Assembly: GCA_964016885.1 (NCBI GenBank)
Contig: OZ024745.1
Coordinates: forward strand, 72,850,001-72,914,000
Reading direction: 5' to 3'
Source: Eledone cirrhosa
Lineage: Eukaryota
Length of the DNA: 64,000 nucleotides
Under the pieces are notes generated by a model. That model was not told the DNA's origin. It saw only the letters and a list, made by a program, of their open reading frames with translations, and did not search any database. Both the position numbers and the translations under genes were made by a program. Each line of letters starts with the position of its first letter. Positions within the stretch are counted from its first letter, which is position 1. This document shows positions 38,344-54,232 of this stretch, piece by piece.

Positions 38344-38556
38344 GTTTGATTTAGAAATGGCTTCTACAGGACTAAAACTGTTTCATTCGAAGGAAATCAT
38401 CACGGCTTTCTTGGTGATTTCTCAAAACACCGGTCGCATATGCTTTGAGAAAACAGCACCATACTTCGGCACTGAGCATATGAAAAAATCGAAATAACAG
38501 AGATAAACTTTATTCCATCATTATGTTTTTCTTTTTTTTTCTCTTCAAATTCTAGC

Positions 38557-38759
38557 TGTCTGGTGAGGTCATAGCTGTTGCATAATTGTTATCACCGAAA
38601 TATATATAACATCGAAAATGAATATACGAAGTTAATTTTAACCTGTTGACTTACACTTGTTTTTAATTTACTCCGGAGTGAACAGACCCACCTGCGCACT
38701 TCGTTGAGTGCTCTACCCTGCATACTGAAATGTCGGGTAGTTAACCAACGCATACTCGA

Positions 38760-38760
<1 letters not shown>
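38557..38760 (+). repeat. Solo pLTR of the PLE family at 7080-11455, with a degenerate hammerhead
   Basis: tgt-CTGGTGA-ggtcatagc...gttatcacc-GAAA-tatatata-aca, then tactccggagt...cctgcgcacttcgttgagtgctc...catactcgaa as in 11360-11455 and 52330-52420. Confidence 0.8.
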
Positions 38761-38807
<47 letters not shown>

Positions 38808-38809
38808 AA

Positions 38810-41295
<2,486 letters not shown>

Positions 41296-42859
41296 GACTA
41301 GATATGACACATCATTTTGTTTGATTAGCTTGATTAGTTTTTAATACATATTTATTTTATATTCTGTTAACTGATTTATTCATTTATATACTTATTCATG
41401 TCTGTACATATGAGTTCCATGAGAGGTCATTGATTCCATGTGGGTATTGATAGCTTAAAACATTTAGAGAGCCCTGTGCTATTTTATCCAACAAGATATT
41501 CGGTACATCATACATTCTATCCGTGGCAAAGGAATAGCATGGCTAAAATATTTTTTGCAGTCAATTTTTATGTGATTCTTCGTGTTGTTTACAAAGGCAT
41601 TGGGTTGGCAGAATCGTTAGGGCGTCGGACAAAATACCTAGCAGTATATAGTTACGCTTTCTTCCATTCCGAGGTTGACTTTGCAATTAATTTTCCAAGA
41701 TTTGATAAAATAAAGTAGGAGTCTAATACTAGGGTCGATCATTTTTCTACAACAGCCTGCCCAAAATTGGACACTTTGCATCTGTTAAAAAATAATATTT
41801 AAAAACAAAAATAAAAATAGACTAACATAAGATTGATAACTTTAGATTAAAAAAAAAACTTGAAAGTTTTGCAAGAGTTATTTCCCCTGGACTTTAACTT
41901 ACAATTTGATTTTCCCTTTTAGAATGGATTTTCTTTCCGCCGTCCTCGGCTTCCGGAGCTTCCGTATCTCTCCTCCAAATTGAAAGAGGCGTCACGCTTG
42001 ACAAAGAGGACTCTGCGAAGTAGAATAGCCAATGCAGCGAGTATCAATAGCTATTCTCCACAGAAATTCTTTCTTCATCTTGTACGATATGCGCAGTTGA
42101 ATTATGCTGCCCAGTCAAGAGTGAAGAGTTCCCCTCCCTATTTCTCCCTCCTTTTTTAAAGATTATTTTTGTTTTTGTTTTATTTCCTTACTTGGCATTA
42201 GAAAAGAAGTCTTTAAATAAACATTTCTGCGAAGAATTGCTTAAAAAGTTATTTGATTATTTAATATTAATCAGTGGTTTTACTGTTATGTAGTTGCTTA
42301 GACTTTACATTGAATTTATACCATACACACTCAGCACTAGATTATATTGGATTTCTTACAGAAGCTTACTTGGATACCAAATCAACTTTTTAAACTTCCA
42401 ACGCACGTGCAGATGGCCAGCTGTTTGTCTTATTGTTGTTAGAAATGAGAAAGTGTGGTTCTAGGGAGACTTAGCTACAATTTCTAGCAGGTCGAGCGAT
42501 GACCACTTAAAAGTTCCACCATGGTGTAAAATAATCAAAATTATCCATTAATAAATTTTTATAAGTTCAAATAGGAGAATAATATATTTATTTATTTCTC
42601 TATAGTTTCATATAGAAATGACCTCTTTGGGATTAGAATTGTTTCATTTATTTGAAATGTTATTTGTCTTTCCAGATTATTCCAAATCAATGAAATAATT
42701 CTAAACCTATAGAAGTCAATTCTATATGAAATAAATATAAAACTTCTCTACTAACGTACTGAATACCTTATTTACCACTATGGTTCCCTTCTGTTTCTCT
42801 TCGAAAAACTATTCCTGAATATAATTTTATATATATATATACAAATTCCAAAATCAAAT

Positions 42860-43450
42860 ATCCAGGACCTTCTTACTCCTGTTGAAGGAACTCCTCCCAA
42901 GTTGACCTCTACCACTTCATATCTGTGGCCAGGTTATCGGGTCAGATCGTCACGCCATCTTACCTTTGACCGCCCATCACTGACTTGGTGTCTCCTGTAA
43001 TCTCTGAGATGAAAGACATGCGAGCGAATCTATGTTTTCCCTCCTTGATGGTCTCAATCATGTCCTTCACTGTCAAATACAGGTGTTGCTCTTCTTGTCA
43101 CGTAAGGTGATGCCGAACATAATTTACACCATTTTACGTCGGGCCATTGCAAGAGTCTCTGAAGTAGTGGTGTTGTATGCCCATGTCTCACTTCCATATA
43201 TCATCACCAACAGAACATATTCATTAAACAGCTTTCTTTTGGTTTTGATTGTTCACTTGGGACTTTTAATGATTTTCTAAACTTTTCCAAAGGCCACCCT
43301 GCCAAACACAATCATTGTTTCACTTTCAGCTGTAGGGCACCATCTCTTTCAATCTTCTTTCCGATGTACACATAACTCACTACTTCCTCGATAGTCTTTC
43401 CATCTACAATAACTGGTGATGGTGTAACGTGGCTGTTAAACATGACCTTG
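42860..43450 (-). mobile_element. Degenerate RTE/BovB-like LINE fragment
   Basis: Minus-strand remnants resembling IEEVSELCY.G and MIYGSETWAY, plus RT C-terminal segments. Confidence 0.55.
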
Positions 43451-44145
43451 GGTGTTGCATAACTGCTATCAAATAGTCAGTATATCGATAACATTTTTGT
43501 ATATTTTGCCCTTTGAAACGATCATAAAATAATGGATTAATTAACTATTAAACCTTGACTTATTTGTTCAACATTATGTACATATTTAAAAAAAGGAAAA
43601 GAATGATTTCTCTTGTAGTTCTAAACAATTTAATTTAATATTATAATTTTACAATTTGGTTTAGAAGATCTAATAAGTTCTTTGTTAACTTTGATGGGGA
43701 GATTTTTTAATGATTCTTGGTTAACTTTCCTGGAGAACTTTTCTTATTTGTGGTGATTGCCAAAGCGATCTCAAGTTGTGTTGTGATGTGTGACTATATA
43801 TATAAGAGATTTGAGTGTGTCAGGCAATGAGGGGGGGGGGGGTTAATGAGTGTGGGAGTCAAGGAGTGTTGATAAAGATTTAAAGGAATTAAAGCATTTA
43901 TATATATATATACAGAAAATAGTGAATGGTAAGAGCAAGATAATTGATTGGGTGTGGAGTTGGAAGGTGTTAGGGGTGTTTAAGGAGTGTTTTAGAAAGG
44001 GGTTGTAAAAGTGCCCTCCTGCTAGTGAATATAGTGGCCAGATGTTTTTCAAATTCTTTCTTATAGCTGAACCAACTATCTTAAATTTATAAAGAATAAC
44101 TTCAACCTCTTACTTAAACAATCCTTAAAAACCCCTTCCAATCAA

Positions 44146-44191
<46 letters not shown>

Positions 44192-44229
44192 ACCCCCACC
44201 CCATCCACACCACCCCGTTCTATGTAAAG

Positions 44230-44523
44230 TTATGTTGGTGCCGCGCCATCCAGGCCGAAACAAATGAGATCGTGTAGGTGTCACGACAAAAGAACACACA
44301 GTCCACGCTGTAATGTGGCCGTGTAGGCAACACGGTAAAAACCTCCCAGACCCACACTGTAAATGTGGTTGGTGTTAGGAAGGGCATCCAACTGTAGAAA
44401 ACCTGCCAGACTGTCCTATGCGAGCAAGACAATCACTCTTGCCTCAAGTGGGAAGACCCCCGTCCAAACCCATGCAAGCGTGGAACACGGACGTTAAACG
44501 TTGATGATGATGATGATGATGAT
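44230..44523 (+). repeat. RTE-tail SINE / RTE 3' UTR
   Basis: ggttggtgttaggaagggcatccaactgtagaaa...aacccatgcaagcgtggaacacggacgttaaacgtt(gat)n. Confidence 0.8.
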
Positions 44524-45239
44524 ATATATATATGAAGAAATATTTTTGTAAATAGTTTTCTTTACTCCAGCAATAATCATGTCATTGCAATATTTAACAT
44601 CATATACAGCAGTCTTCGTCAACATCCAAAACATAAACATACACATACCGACCATAATTAAATATGGAATGATACGCGATGCTAAATTGGAATATTCATT
44701 CCAGTTTCTGAAGCTTTAGCTTTCCTCTTGATTTCATAAATGAAAAATATGGAAAATTTTTATCAATGCTAGAATACATTAATTTACAACAAATCAAAAT
44801 AGTTTAATATTATGGAACAACAAATACATAGCAGACAACAAGGTTTTTGTCATATTTGGTGGCTCACCTCATTGAAGTTTTAGGTGATGTTCATTGGAGT
44901 GCTTAGGTCTTCTAGTGCTTTAGTCTCACTCTCATTTGCAGCAATGCTGCGTCTTGGTTTACTTAAAATATTTTCAGAGGAGAAAACCTAGTATTCTCTG
45001 TTTTAGTAAGTAATTCAGTGTACATGTCTATTGACTTGTTTTTTTGTTGTTTTTTGTTTTGTTTTTTTTGTTTTTTTTTTTGTTAATCATATTTATACAT
45101 TGTAGGATATATTGGTTACTTATTTAGCACAAGGCCAGAAAATGTGGGGGGAAAGACAAAGGTGATTAATTCAACGCCTGTACTTGACTCGTTCTTTATT
45201 TATCGACCTTGTATTTATGCACTTTAAGCAGTCCACATA

Positions 45240-46000
45240 GATTGCTTTTTTTTTTAATCTAAAATTTGTGAGAGTTAAATTCCTTGTCAGTATGGGTGTA
45301 GTAAATCAGTGAGTTGTTTCACGACCTTATGTTGATTGTATTCCTTGGTTTCTTCATACTATGTATTGTATTGTAGCATCTACTGTATAATGTTTTTCGC
45401 AATGGTGTGTGTCCATAATAACAACTGCACCTCCTCTGTCAGCTTCTTTTATAACAATATTTTTATCCAGTTTTAGGTCGTTTAGTTGGTTCCTTTTTTT
45501 CTGCTGACGTTTCACTTTGAGGCGTTTTTAGGCTATCAATTGGTAAGTTTGAGATGTGGTCACAGAATTCATCCAGAGTTGCATTTCTGCCTCTTGAGGG
45601 TTGGAATTCTTTTTTATTTTTTCTTAGTGATTGGTAAAAAAAGTGTCCCACTAGTCTTCCAAAGAAACATCATTAATTTCTGCTATATTTGGTGTTTGAG
45701 GTGTTGGTGTAAATTTTAATCCTTTGTTTAGGATATCTATTTGTGTGGCTGTTAGTGATTTTTGTGAGAGATTGATTATCTTCGGTTTTTCCTGACTTCA
45801 GGCCATCTCGTGTCCCTGTACCTCTGGTTTATCTCTAAAAAACAGTCATTAGGGTAGGTTCCTCTATATTATTCCTCCTTTTAGTATTTTGTATGTAGTA
45901 ATTTTTGTAATTGTTCTGTATTTCTTTATTGTATTTGTTATTCTGTTCCTTGAACTTATGTGTTGTGTGTTGATTTCACTTCAGTCTTAGATTATTTCTC
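45240..46000 (-). mobile_element. Degenerate PLE N-terminal remnant
   Basis: SLTATQIDILNKGLKFTPTP (~45700-45770) and NIVIKEADRGGAVVIMD (~45410-45462). Confidence 0.7.
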
Positions 46001-46479
46001 TAGTTCCCTGTATTGGGTTTATTCTCTTTGAAGTTTGGATTTCAGTTTATTGTTCTGTCTTTATGTATATTTTCATTGGGATTATTCCAGTTTTGTCTGG
46101 GATTGTCGAAGTATCTCCGGTGTGGGGTCTGTTATGAGGAAAAAGAATTATCAAGAATTAAAAAAAGAATACAGTGAAAAAAATCCTATTTTGAAGAAAG
46201 CAAAAATCAACAAAGGAAAACCCATACTGACACCACCAACACAACACAACCCCAATATTCAACTTATCAAAGAAAACCCCAATATAGACGAGACTTAGAC
46301 ATTTTGAAGAAAGGATAATCAGAAGATTTCCAAGGCAACCTTCTCCATTTCAACACATTCATAGAACAACAAGGAGTAATAATAAAGAGGGACAGGCCAG
46401 TTGGCCGCACCAAAGCCTTTAAACAGCAGAACAATAGTTTGGGTGCTGCAATTATGTTTACAGCTCAGTACTGGAGGAC

Positions 46480-47254
46480 ACTGCTATGGGAAGGGACAGG
46501 CCAGTTCGCCATGCCAAAACCTTCTCACAATGGAACCATGGTTTAGGAGCCTGGGATAGGAAGGAACTGCTATGAAGAAGGAAAAGCCAGAAAATGGGTA
46601 CCACATGACCTGCCTGTAAAGAATCACCATATTCATTAATATATATGACAATTCAAGGTGTTTTGGGAACATAATCATTATTTGAGATGAGGAGTGGATC
46701 ATCAGAATTTTAAGTGCCATCATTAGTAACTTAATCATGGTGAGAGACCTGCTCAACAGTTGACAGTGGACCTGTATCCAAGGAAAATCCTGTTAAATGT
46801 GTGGTGAGATATGCAAGAAACGGATCATTATGTATTGTTAAACAATAATGAAACAATCACAGATGAGGTCTGCTGCCAACAACTTTGCTATTTGGAAACA
46901 GCTTTTGAAAACAAAAATCCCATCCTTAATAGAAAACAGCTCACTCTCCATCATGACATTGCATATCCCCATACTGCATGAATAACCAAGGACCATCTAG
47001 AGGAATTCAGCTGGGAAACATTGATCCACACACCATATTCTTCCAACCTTGTTCCTTCTGGTTGTTATTTGTTTAGAAATTTACTAAATCATATTAATGA
47101 ACTTATACTGACATTAAGAGAAGTTGTTGAAAATAACTTAGTCTCTTGTTTCACACCAAAAACTAAAGAATTCTATAAACATGGCATCCATAAACTTGTT
47201 GATAGATGGAATAAGGTTATCAAAAACAGTGGAAAATATCGATATTTGATTTAA
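46480..47254 (+). mobile_element. Mariner transposase pseudogene
   Basis: WVPH-like, HHDIAYPH, HTPYSSNLVPSGCYLF (YSPDLAPSD relic) and FYKHGIHKLVDRWNKVIKNSGKY. Confidence 0.85.
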
Positions 47255-47309
47255 TACATCTACAAATGCCACTATTTTGATTTGCAAGTAAAGCAGATGT
47301 TAAATGATG

Positions 47310-48405
47310 ATGCACACCCAGTACACTCTGAAAAAATACACCCACTACACCATGTAAGCTGCTTGGTGTTAGGAAGGACATCTAGTCATAGAAACTATGA
47401 CAAGAGAAACAAGAGAAGTTTCTAGCTATATCTAGCTTCCATTAATCTGGAGAATGCTTTTGATAGAGTACCATGATCTGTCATCTGGCAGTCCTCAAGG
47501 AAGCTTGGTATAGATAATGGCTTGTGAGAGCAGAGCAAGCCTTGTATAGGAGCTGTCAGTAAAGTGAGAGTAGGTAATATGATTAGTGAGGAAATCAATG
47601 TGCAAGTAGGTATTCATCAGGGCTCAGTCCTCAGTCGACTCCTGTTTATTATAGTTCTCCAGGCTATAACAGAAGAGTTTAAGACTGGCTGTCTTGGGAA
47701 CTTCTGTATGCTGATGACTTAGTTCTTATAGCTGAATCTGTGGAAGAGCAAGAGAACCAATTCCAGTTGTGGAAACAGAACTTAGAATGAAAGTGGCTTA
47801 CAGTAAACTTGAATAAAGCCAAAGTTTTAGTAAGTAGCAAAAAAGACAAGAGTCTGATTCCATCAGGGAAGTGGTTGTTCTTGATATGTAGAAAAGGAGT
47901 AGATAGGAACTCTGAATGATATATACACTGTAAAGCATGGGTACACATCAGGTGTAAGAAAATAACAGGCAGACTAACAAAAAATGTGGACTTTGTATGC
48001 AGCTGATATCCAGGGAGAGTTGGTAGTTAAGAGCATCAGTGAAATATTATTTTTCCATTCCCAGGAATGCTCCAGAGACGTAGCTGATAGGTTCTGTTGG
48101 ATGAGTGATGTTAATGAGTTTAAACTACAAAGCATGTATGAGCTGAAAGAAAAACTGGAAAAAAGAGGGTGCACATGTATGAACATATGACGTTTATGGA
48201 TGACAATGATTGGATGAAGAAATGCCAAAACATCTCAGTGGAAGGAAACTGTAGTAGAGTAATATCAAGAAAGAGTTGATCTGAAATCACTGAACCTCAC
48301 AGCAGAGATGATGAAGGAACACACCAGAGGTGGAGTAAATCTATACTAGAAAAAACCCATGCAACCCATACAAGTATGGAAAAATGGACATAAAATGATG
48401 TTGAC
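47310..48405 (+). mobile_element. Old, deleted RTE copy (RT + PHD-like + tail)
   Basis: LENAFDRVP, GIHQGSVLS, LLYADDLVL and GKWLFLICRK; homologous to 63240-63850. Confidence 0.8.
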
Positions 48406-50049
48406 AACATAAACTGAACTGCCTTGTGAACTAATATATGTTTGTATTGATATTGTTACATTCAGATACTCTTATAATGACAATGTTTTTGCAAATGATT
48501 TCACAATATTTTTGGCCTACATCCCAATAATTTGAAACTTAATCATGCAGAAGCTCTGCCATTTGTAATAATGTTTCTCACAATTACTAAGATAATTTTG
48601 ATAATATTTTTGTAAATATATGGTCAAGCTTTGTTTTATCCTGCATAGACAAAACACATCAACCAACACTTTTGAGGGCATCTTTTGTAAAATTCAATAT
48701 AATACCATTGGAGATTACAACACTAATGTCAGTTTGGATTATCATTCATGAGTCAGCATATTAGTTCAAAATTGATTGTGACAGGTCTGAATATCAAAGG
48801 TTAGAAATGTTCTATGCAAACTACAATCATCGTATTCACAGTTCAATCAAGGCCGTTTCTTTGCTGACGCATTTTTATACATTTTAAGGTATCTAGCCAG
48901 TGATGTTTTACACTACTTATTCAAAAACCAATACCATCTTTCAGCATTTATACAATGTGTATTCTAATGTAAGAACCTCAATGTGGTTGTTCGACCTGTT
49001 AAAAGTAGCAAAATACAATCTTCCATGGATAATGTTTCTCTAAGATACACAATACCAACGATGTGACAAGATGGTCAAGGCTGGAATACTTTTGATCATA
49101 AGTTTACTCAATCAGAGATGACCTTGTGCAAAACAACAATTCTGAGCTCTAAGTTCAAATTTTGCCAAGATAAACTTTGCCTTCATCCTTTGGAAGTCAC
49201 TAAAATACTGTATCAGTCCAAAGCTTGGGATTGATGAGATTGTTACAGCATCAGATGCAATGCCTTGTTCTATTGGTTTGGACTCTTTATGTTCTGAATT
49301 CAAATCCCAATATGGCCGGTTCCGGTAATACAATTATTCTATTGTCTGGCTTAACTCCACAACTTTGTCTTTGGGTGGTACATTTAGTAGAGTTCATTCC
49401 ATTGCAAGAATTCAGACCAAGGCTTTGGTTTGAGGATAACTTCTTCCCTCTCTTCCACCAGTCTCATAACGCCCCCCCCCCCCCCCCCCCCCAAAAAAAA
49501 GAGACAAAGGCACTGCCTTTCCATTCTTTACTGAACAGTAAAAAAAGGAATAAGTAAATCAAACACAATTATATACAATGTCATAGACTTGAGAATATGA
49601 GGAGACTATGATTTTGGTTTTTAACACAAGTCCACACATATTGGAGAAGTGTGCACTTAATTTAATTAACCCAGCATTTCACTAGCACCCATTTCATTGA
49701 TTTGGAAGAATGAAAATTCATGTAAATACTGACAGCTCTGAGCTCAGAACATAACTAATTTGACCTAGTTTCAAGTTTCAATTTCCCCTTGTAGTACTTC
49801 AATGAAATCAGAAATGAAAATCAGATAAATTATGATCAACAGAAATTCTTTCATGATTATCTAAATGATATATTCTCAGACATTCATATATGCTTCATTC
49901 CCCATTTGGCAGATCAGAAAGGGAACAAAGATTTAACTTGTTATCTTCATGGTTTTTCTCAATACAAAAGAACATTAGTCCTTTTATTACACTAATTTCA
50001 CATGATATAATGAAAGAAAATAGGTTAAATGAAAAGTGTGCACACTTAC

Positions 50050-50153
50050 CCTGCAGAAATGCTTGATTGACTATTTATATTGTGATAAATGTCAATTTGA
50101 TTTTCTCCATTTATTACATATTGTATACAGCGGTGGATAAATATGTACTGTTC
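50050..50153 (-). CDS. Protein tyrosine phosphatase exon (end of PTP domain and start of tail)
   Basis: AG|EQYIFIHRCIQYVINGENQIDIYHNINSQSSISAG|GTAAG; 104 bp, phase 0 to 2; continues MVQTD from the previous exon. Confidence 0.9.
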
Positions 50154-51239
50154 CTAGATAAAGAAGTAAAAAAACATATGTTAAAAATACAAATGATTAT
50201 TAATTGGTGTCTTGCCCAAGGATACAACACAATACTTTCAACAAAGAAGTCAGTAAAAGTTATCTTAACCAAGTTGCGATTTTATCTCTCAGACTTCTTA
50301 AATTGAAACAAGGTCATACATTTGTAAAGAATGAGTACAGTTGATTGGATCATGCTTAGTGTATATTTGGTACTTATTTGATCAGGGAGGGATAAAATCC
50401 AAATCCAGCCTGGATTGATGAGAAATTGTAAAGTTTGTACCTTCCCAAAGAGCTATAACAGTGGAAGTTATGTGGTTTCAACTGAAACCTGGAGAGGGAA
50501 CTCTATACATTGAGAACTAGCTGTCAAACAACAGAATCTGTTACATAAACATTAGTAGTATAATAAAATGATATAGAAATATGATAAAAGTGTAGCTTAT
50601 ATGAATCATTTTAAGATGTGTAATACATAATAAAGAGTGTGTGACACACACAGCATAGGAAAAGTTCATGGTAACAAAACACTTCATTTTTCTTGGTTCA
50701 TCATTTGAAAAGAATGTCTTTACATTATAGGATAAAACATTGTTTTGTTTTGTCATTTTTTTTTACCCCAGTTCCATCTTTATATTTCTATCTGGACTCT
50801 ACCGGCTTTCTCAACATTCTCTTTATTATTTATGATAAAAGTAATTTGATAAAAAGTTGTATCAAGTGCTTTTCTCAGGAAAAACAAATAAAAAATATGT
50901 AAATGTAAGCTAGAAGCACAGTGGCTCATAAGGTCAATGTTTAGCTCCAAGTCCATAACATCAAAATAAATATAAAGTAAATATTTATTTTGATAACATG
51001 CCAAACTATCCCAGGTGAAATTAAAAAAAACAACTTATTCCTGAGTGCTGGGTGAACTGATGCATATAGGTCCTGCTTAAAGATTCATCAAGGGAGTCTC
51101 TATGCAATTACTTATCCTGTTACAAATAACAACCAAATTCCTGAAAATTACATCATTTTCTTAAAGGAGAAAGAGCACATTGACCAATATAGTCTGAGTT
51201 CAGTGGTCCCACAGGCACAAGATGCAGCAAAACTTTGTG

Positions 51240-51570
51240 TTTCACTTTTACATTCCAGTTACAAAAAAACTGATCTTCAAGTCACGTTCAGCTTTCCACT
51301 TAAAATCATCATACCTACTCAAGGAAAGTAACATCTTGATCATTATATGACTCTTTTGCCTTCCTCAAATAACCCACTGGCATCCCTTGGTACTCATTCC
51401 CAACATGTAAAAGGACTATCTTTAAGCAGGAAATGCCACCATCAATGAATAACCACCAATATTTCTTGACATCAGAGGAAATTCCCAGTGCCATCATCAA
51501 ACCAGTAATGTTCTTGCAATAAACCAGACCCAGTTCATCATGTGTTGAAAAATTTAACGCATTTCTTTTT
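51240..51570 (-). mobile_element. Chapaev3-like (CMC) transposase remnant
   Basis: LVYCKNITGLMMALGI...WWLFIDGGISCLKIVLLHVGNEYQGMPVGY..KESY matches the WRLFIDSS..SLKAVLLHNGN pattern. Confidence 0.65.
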
Positions 51571-52044
51571 TCAGTGCCTGTACATTGTTGTTTTGGTTCT
51601 TTGGGCTATAGACATGACCTAATATGTGTTATATCTACTTTTGCAGTTCTCTCATTAAAGGTTGTCACAAAAAGAACATTCAAAGGCATTCTTAAAAGAC
51701 AAATTGGAACATTTGATGTGCTGCATGCTACATTACATTTCCGTAAATTTGGTATACAGTGGGTATCTTGTAGATCAAAATCTAGATGTGATGGGGCAAA
51801 ACTGACATCATAGTCAGAAAGAGCACCCTAAAATTAGCTGAAATTGACCTAATTATTATTGCTGAAGTCACATTTTTTCTTGTTGTCATGCAGAGTAATC
51901 ATTTAAATGAGTGGTAGTTCTAGGATAGTTAGACGAACGATTAACATAGTTTAAGTTGTCGTTAAATTTATGGAAGGGTTTGTATATGCCAGTCCACACA
52001 TTTTGTCGTATATAAATATATATATATATATATATGTATATATA

Positions 52045-52420
52045 AAATATTTCAGTGACAGCTATTATTGGCTGTGACCTCATCAGCAGTACAAATTAAT
52101 GATATGATTCCAGTCGCTCGGAGGACTAACAACACACCCAGGAGCTGGACATATCGATGAATTGACAAAGTGGAACACATTTCAACAACATGTTTACCTG
52201 TTTTTTTCTACATTAATTCGTACTGCCTGATGAGGTCACAGCCAATAATAGCTGTCACTGAAATATATATATAGCAGAGAATTTATAATAAACGAAGCTA
52301 AATTTAACATGTTTGACTTATTTTACATTACTCCGGAGTAAACAAACCAACCTGCGTACTTCGTCGAGTGTTCCAATCTGCATACTGAGGTGTCGGTAAA
52401 CAACCAACATATACTCAATA
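52045..52420. mobile_element. Inverted pair of PLE pLTR pieces (solo fold-back) in a PTP intron
   Basis: ~52047-52101 is the reverse complement of ~52211-52266; the right arm continues into the pLTR tail shared with 11360-11455 and 38650-38760; (TA)n flanks. Confidence 0.82.
52223..52277 (+). ncRNA. Type I hammerhead ribozyme
   Basis: ctgc-CTGATGA-ggtcacagccaataatagctgtcact-GAAA-tatatatata-gcag. Confidence 0.85.
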
Positions 52421-52612
52421 TATATATATATATAGTGTGCGTGTTGTGTATGTGTGTGTGTATGTTTGTTTATGTCCATGTTATATTCTAACTACTATTC
52501 ATATTCAATCACTGCTGCTCCAGGGGCAGTTTTTCTGCTAGTAGGACTAAAATGATAAAGAATAAAATAAACAAACAAAAAGATAAATTAAATAAACAAA
52601 AACATAACACAC

Positions 52613-52748
52613 ATCTGTTTGCACCATTAAAGCACGATACTGCCTCATTTCATAAACTACTCTCAAAATATCAACTTCATTATTCTTTTCTAGATCCTGC
52701 AAACTGTGATCAACAGAAATGAATGTTCCAGTTCGGCCAACTCCAGCA
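52613..52748 (-). CDS. Protein tyrosine phosphatase exon (P-loop to Q-loop)
   Basis: AG|(S)AGVGRTGTFISVDHSLQDLEKNNEVDILRVVYEMRQYRALMVQTD|GT; 136 bp, phase 2 to 0, matching the conserved PTP exon boundaries. Confidence 0.95.
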
Positions 52749-53186
52749 CTAGTAAAAGAAAATTATAAAAATATTTTAGTGAAATTAACTCATAAATAGC
52801 TGTGTGAAATTTGGTAGACTGTGTGGAAGCTCATTGTATGTGAATATACATATGTGTGTGTGAAATTGTTTTGTACATCGCCTTTCTTTATTACCTTTTT
52901 CTAGTCACTTCTATGTGACAACACACTTCCCCTTATACTCCTCCTCTCAATCTTTTCTATATTTCATCTTCCTGTCACCCACCTCATAAATTGTCTCTCT
53001 ATCAATCACTGGCTGCTGGTCTCTGTCCTCCGAGGCATTTTTGTCCATCACAGTCATTGACAGGATTTGGCTGTTTGAATGGCTGTGCTAGCATTGACTT
53101 TTCTTATTTTTCTATGAATTCAAATGTGCTCTCACTTCGTCTCAATCAGAGACAACAATGTTTATTAATTTTATATATATATATAT

Positions 53187-54232
53187 ATGGCCTTGCTCAG
53201 TATGTAGGAAAGGTGTAGGTAGGAACTCCATTCTCTGCCCCAAATGCAAACAATGGGTACACAAGAGATGTAGCGGGATCTCAGGAAGCTTAATTAAGAA
53301 TGTAGGCTTCACATGCAGCAGCTGTGCTGGGACAGCAAGCAGCAAACAACCACAGGAAACAAGTACCACCAAACTCTGGGAGGGGTCTGTAGAAACAGTA
53401 GACAGCTTCTGCTATCTAGGTGACTGAATTAGCAGCGAAGGTGGGTGTTCAGAAAGTAAAATAACTAGGGTAAGAACGGGATGGAAGAAGTTTAGGGAGC
53501 TATTGCCACTGCTAGCTGCAAAAGGCTTCTCCCTCAAAATGAAAGGCAGACTGTATGATGCGTGTATACGAACAGCAATGTTACATGGTAGTGAGACCTG
53601 GGCGCTGTCTGTGGAAGACTTGCGTAGTTTAGAAAGAAACGAAGCCTGCATGCTCCGGTGGATGCAAACAGCAAAGCATAAATGAATTGAGAGAGAGACT
53701 GAGCATAAGAGGAATCAAATGCTGTGTGCAGGAGAGGCGGTTGCATTGGTATTGACATGTGATGCGTATGAAAGATGACAGCTGCGTAAAAAGGTGCAGA
53801 GCACTAGAAGTCGATAGAGGCCGTGGAGTGGGGAGACCCAAGAAGACCTGGGATGAGGTGGTATAAGCCGACCTTACCCTATTATACATCTTAAAGGCAA
53901 TGACACACGACTGTGACCTCTGGCGGCACGCAGTAATACAGAAGACCTGACCCCCCATGGGTACAAGCCGAAGCTGAAGCATATAGACAATATGCCCCCA
54001 CACCCTCCCACTGCAAATTGGTCGTGGAGGTGCTATGGCAAAAAAGCACCCAGCCCACGCTGTAAATGAGGTTGGTGTTAGGAAGGGCATCCAGCTGTAG
54101 AAATCAAGCCAGAATCAGTTCCCGTATGAGCAAGACAAGGTCAGCCGACCGGTCACTGCCCACAACAGGACAACCCGTCTAACCCATGCTAGCGTGGAAG
54201 AACGGACGTAAAACAGTGATGATGATGATGAT
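53187..54232 (+). mobile_element. 5'-truncated RTE LINE (PHD-like finger, RT C-terminus, 3' UTR, (GAT)n)
   Basis: WPCSVCRKGVGRNSILCPKCKQWVHKRC, GRLYDACIRTAMLHGSETW and a tail ending cggacgtaaaacagt(gat)n. Confidence 0.9.

Noticed and set aside
44880-44987. Candidate terminal PTP exon VFSSENILSKPRRSIAANESETKALEDLSTPMNIT*
   Set aside because: Phase 0 start does not match the phase 2 donor at 50050, the acceptor is weak and there is no homology support; RNA-seq would be needed.
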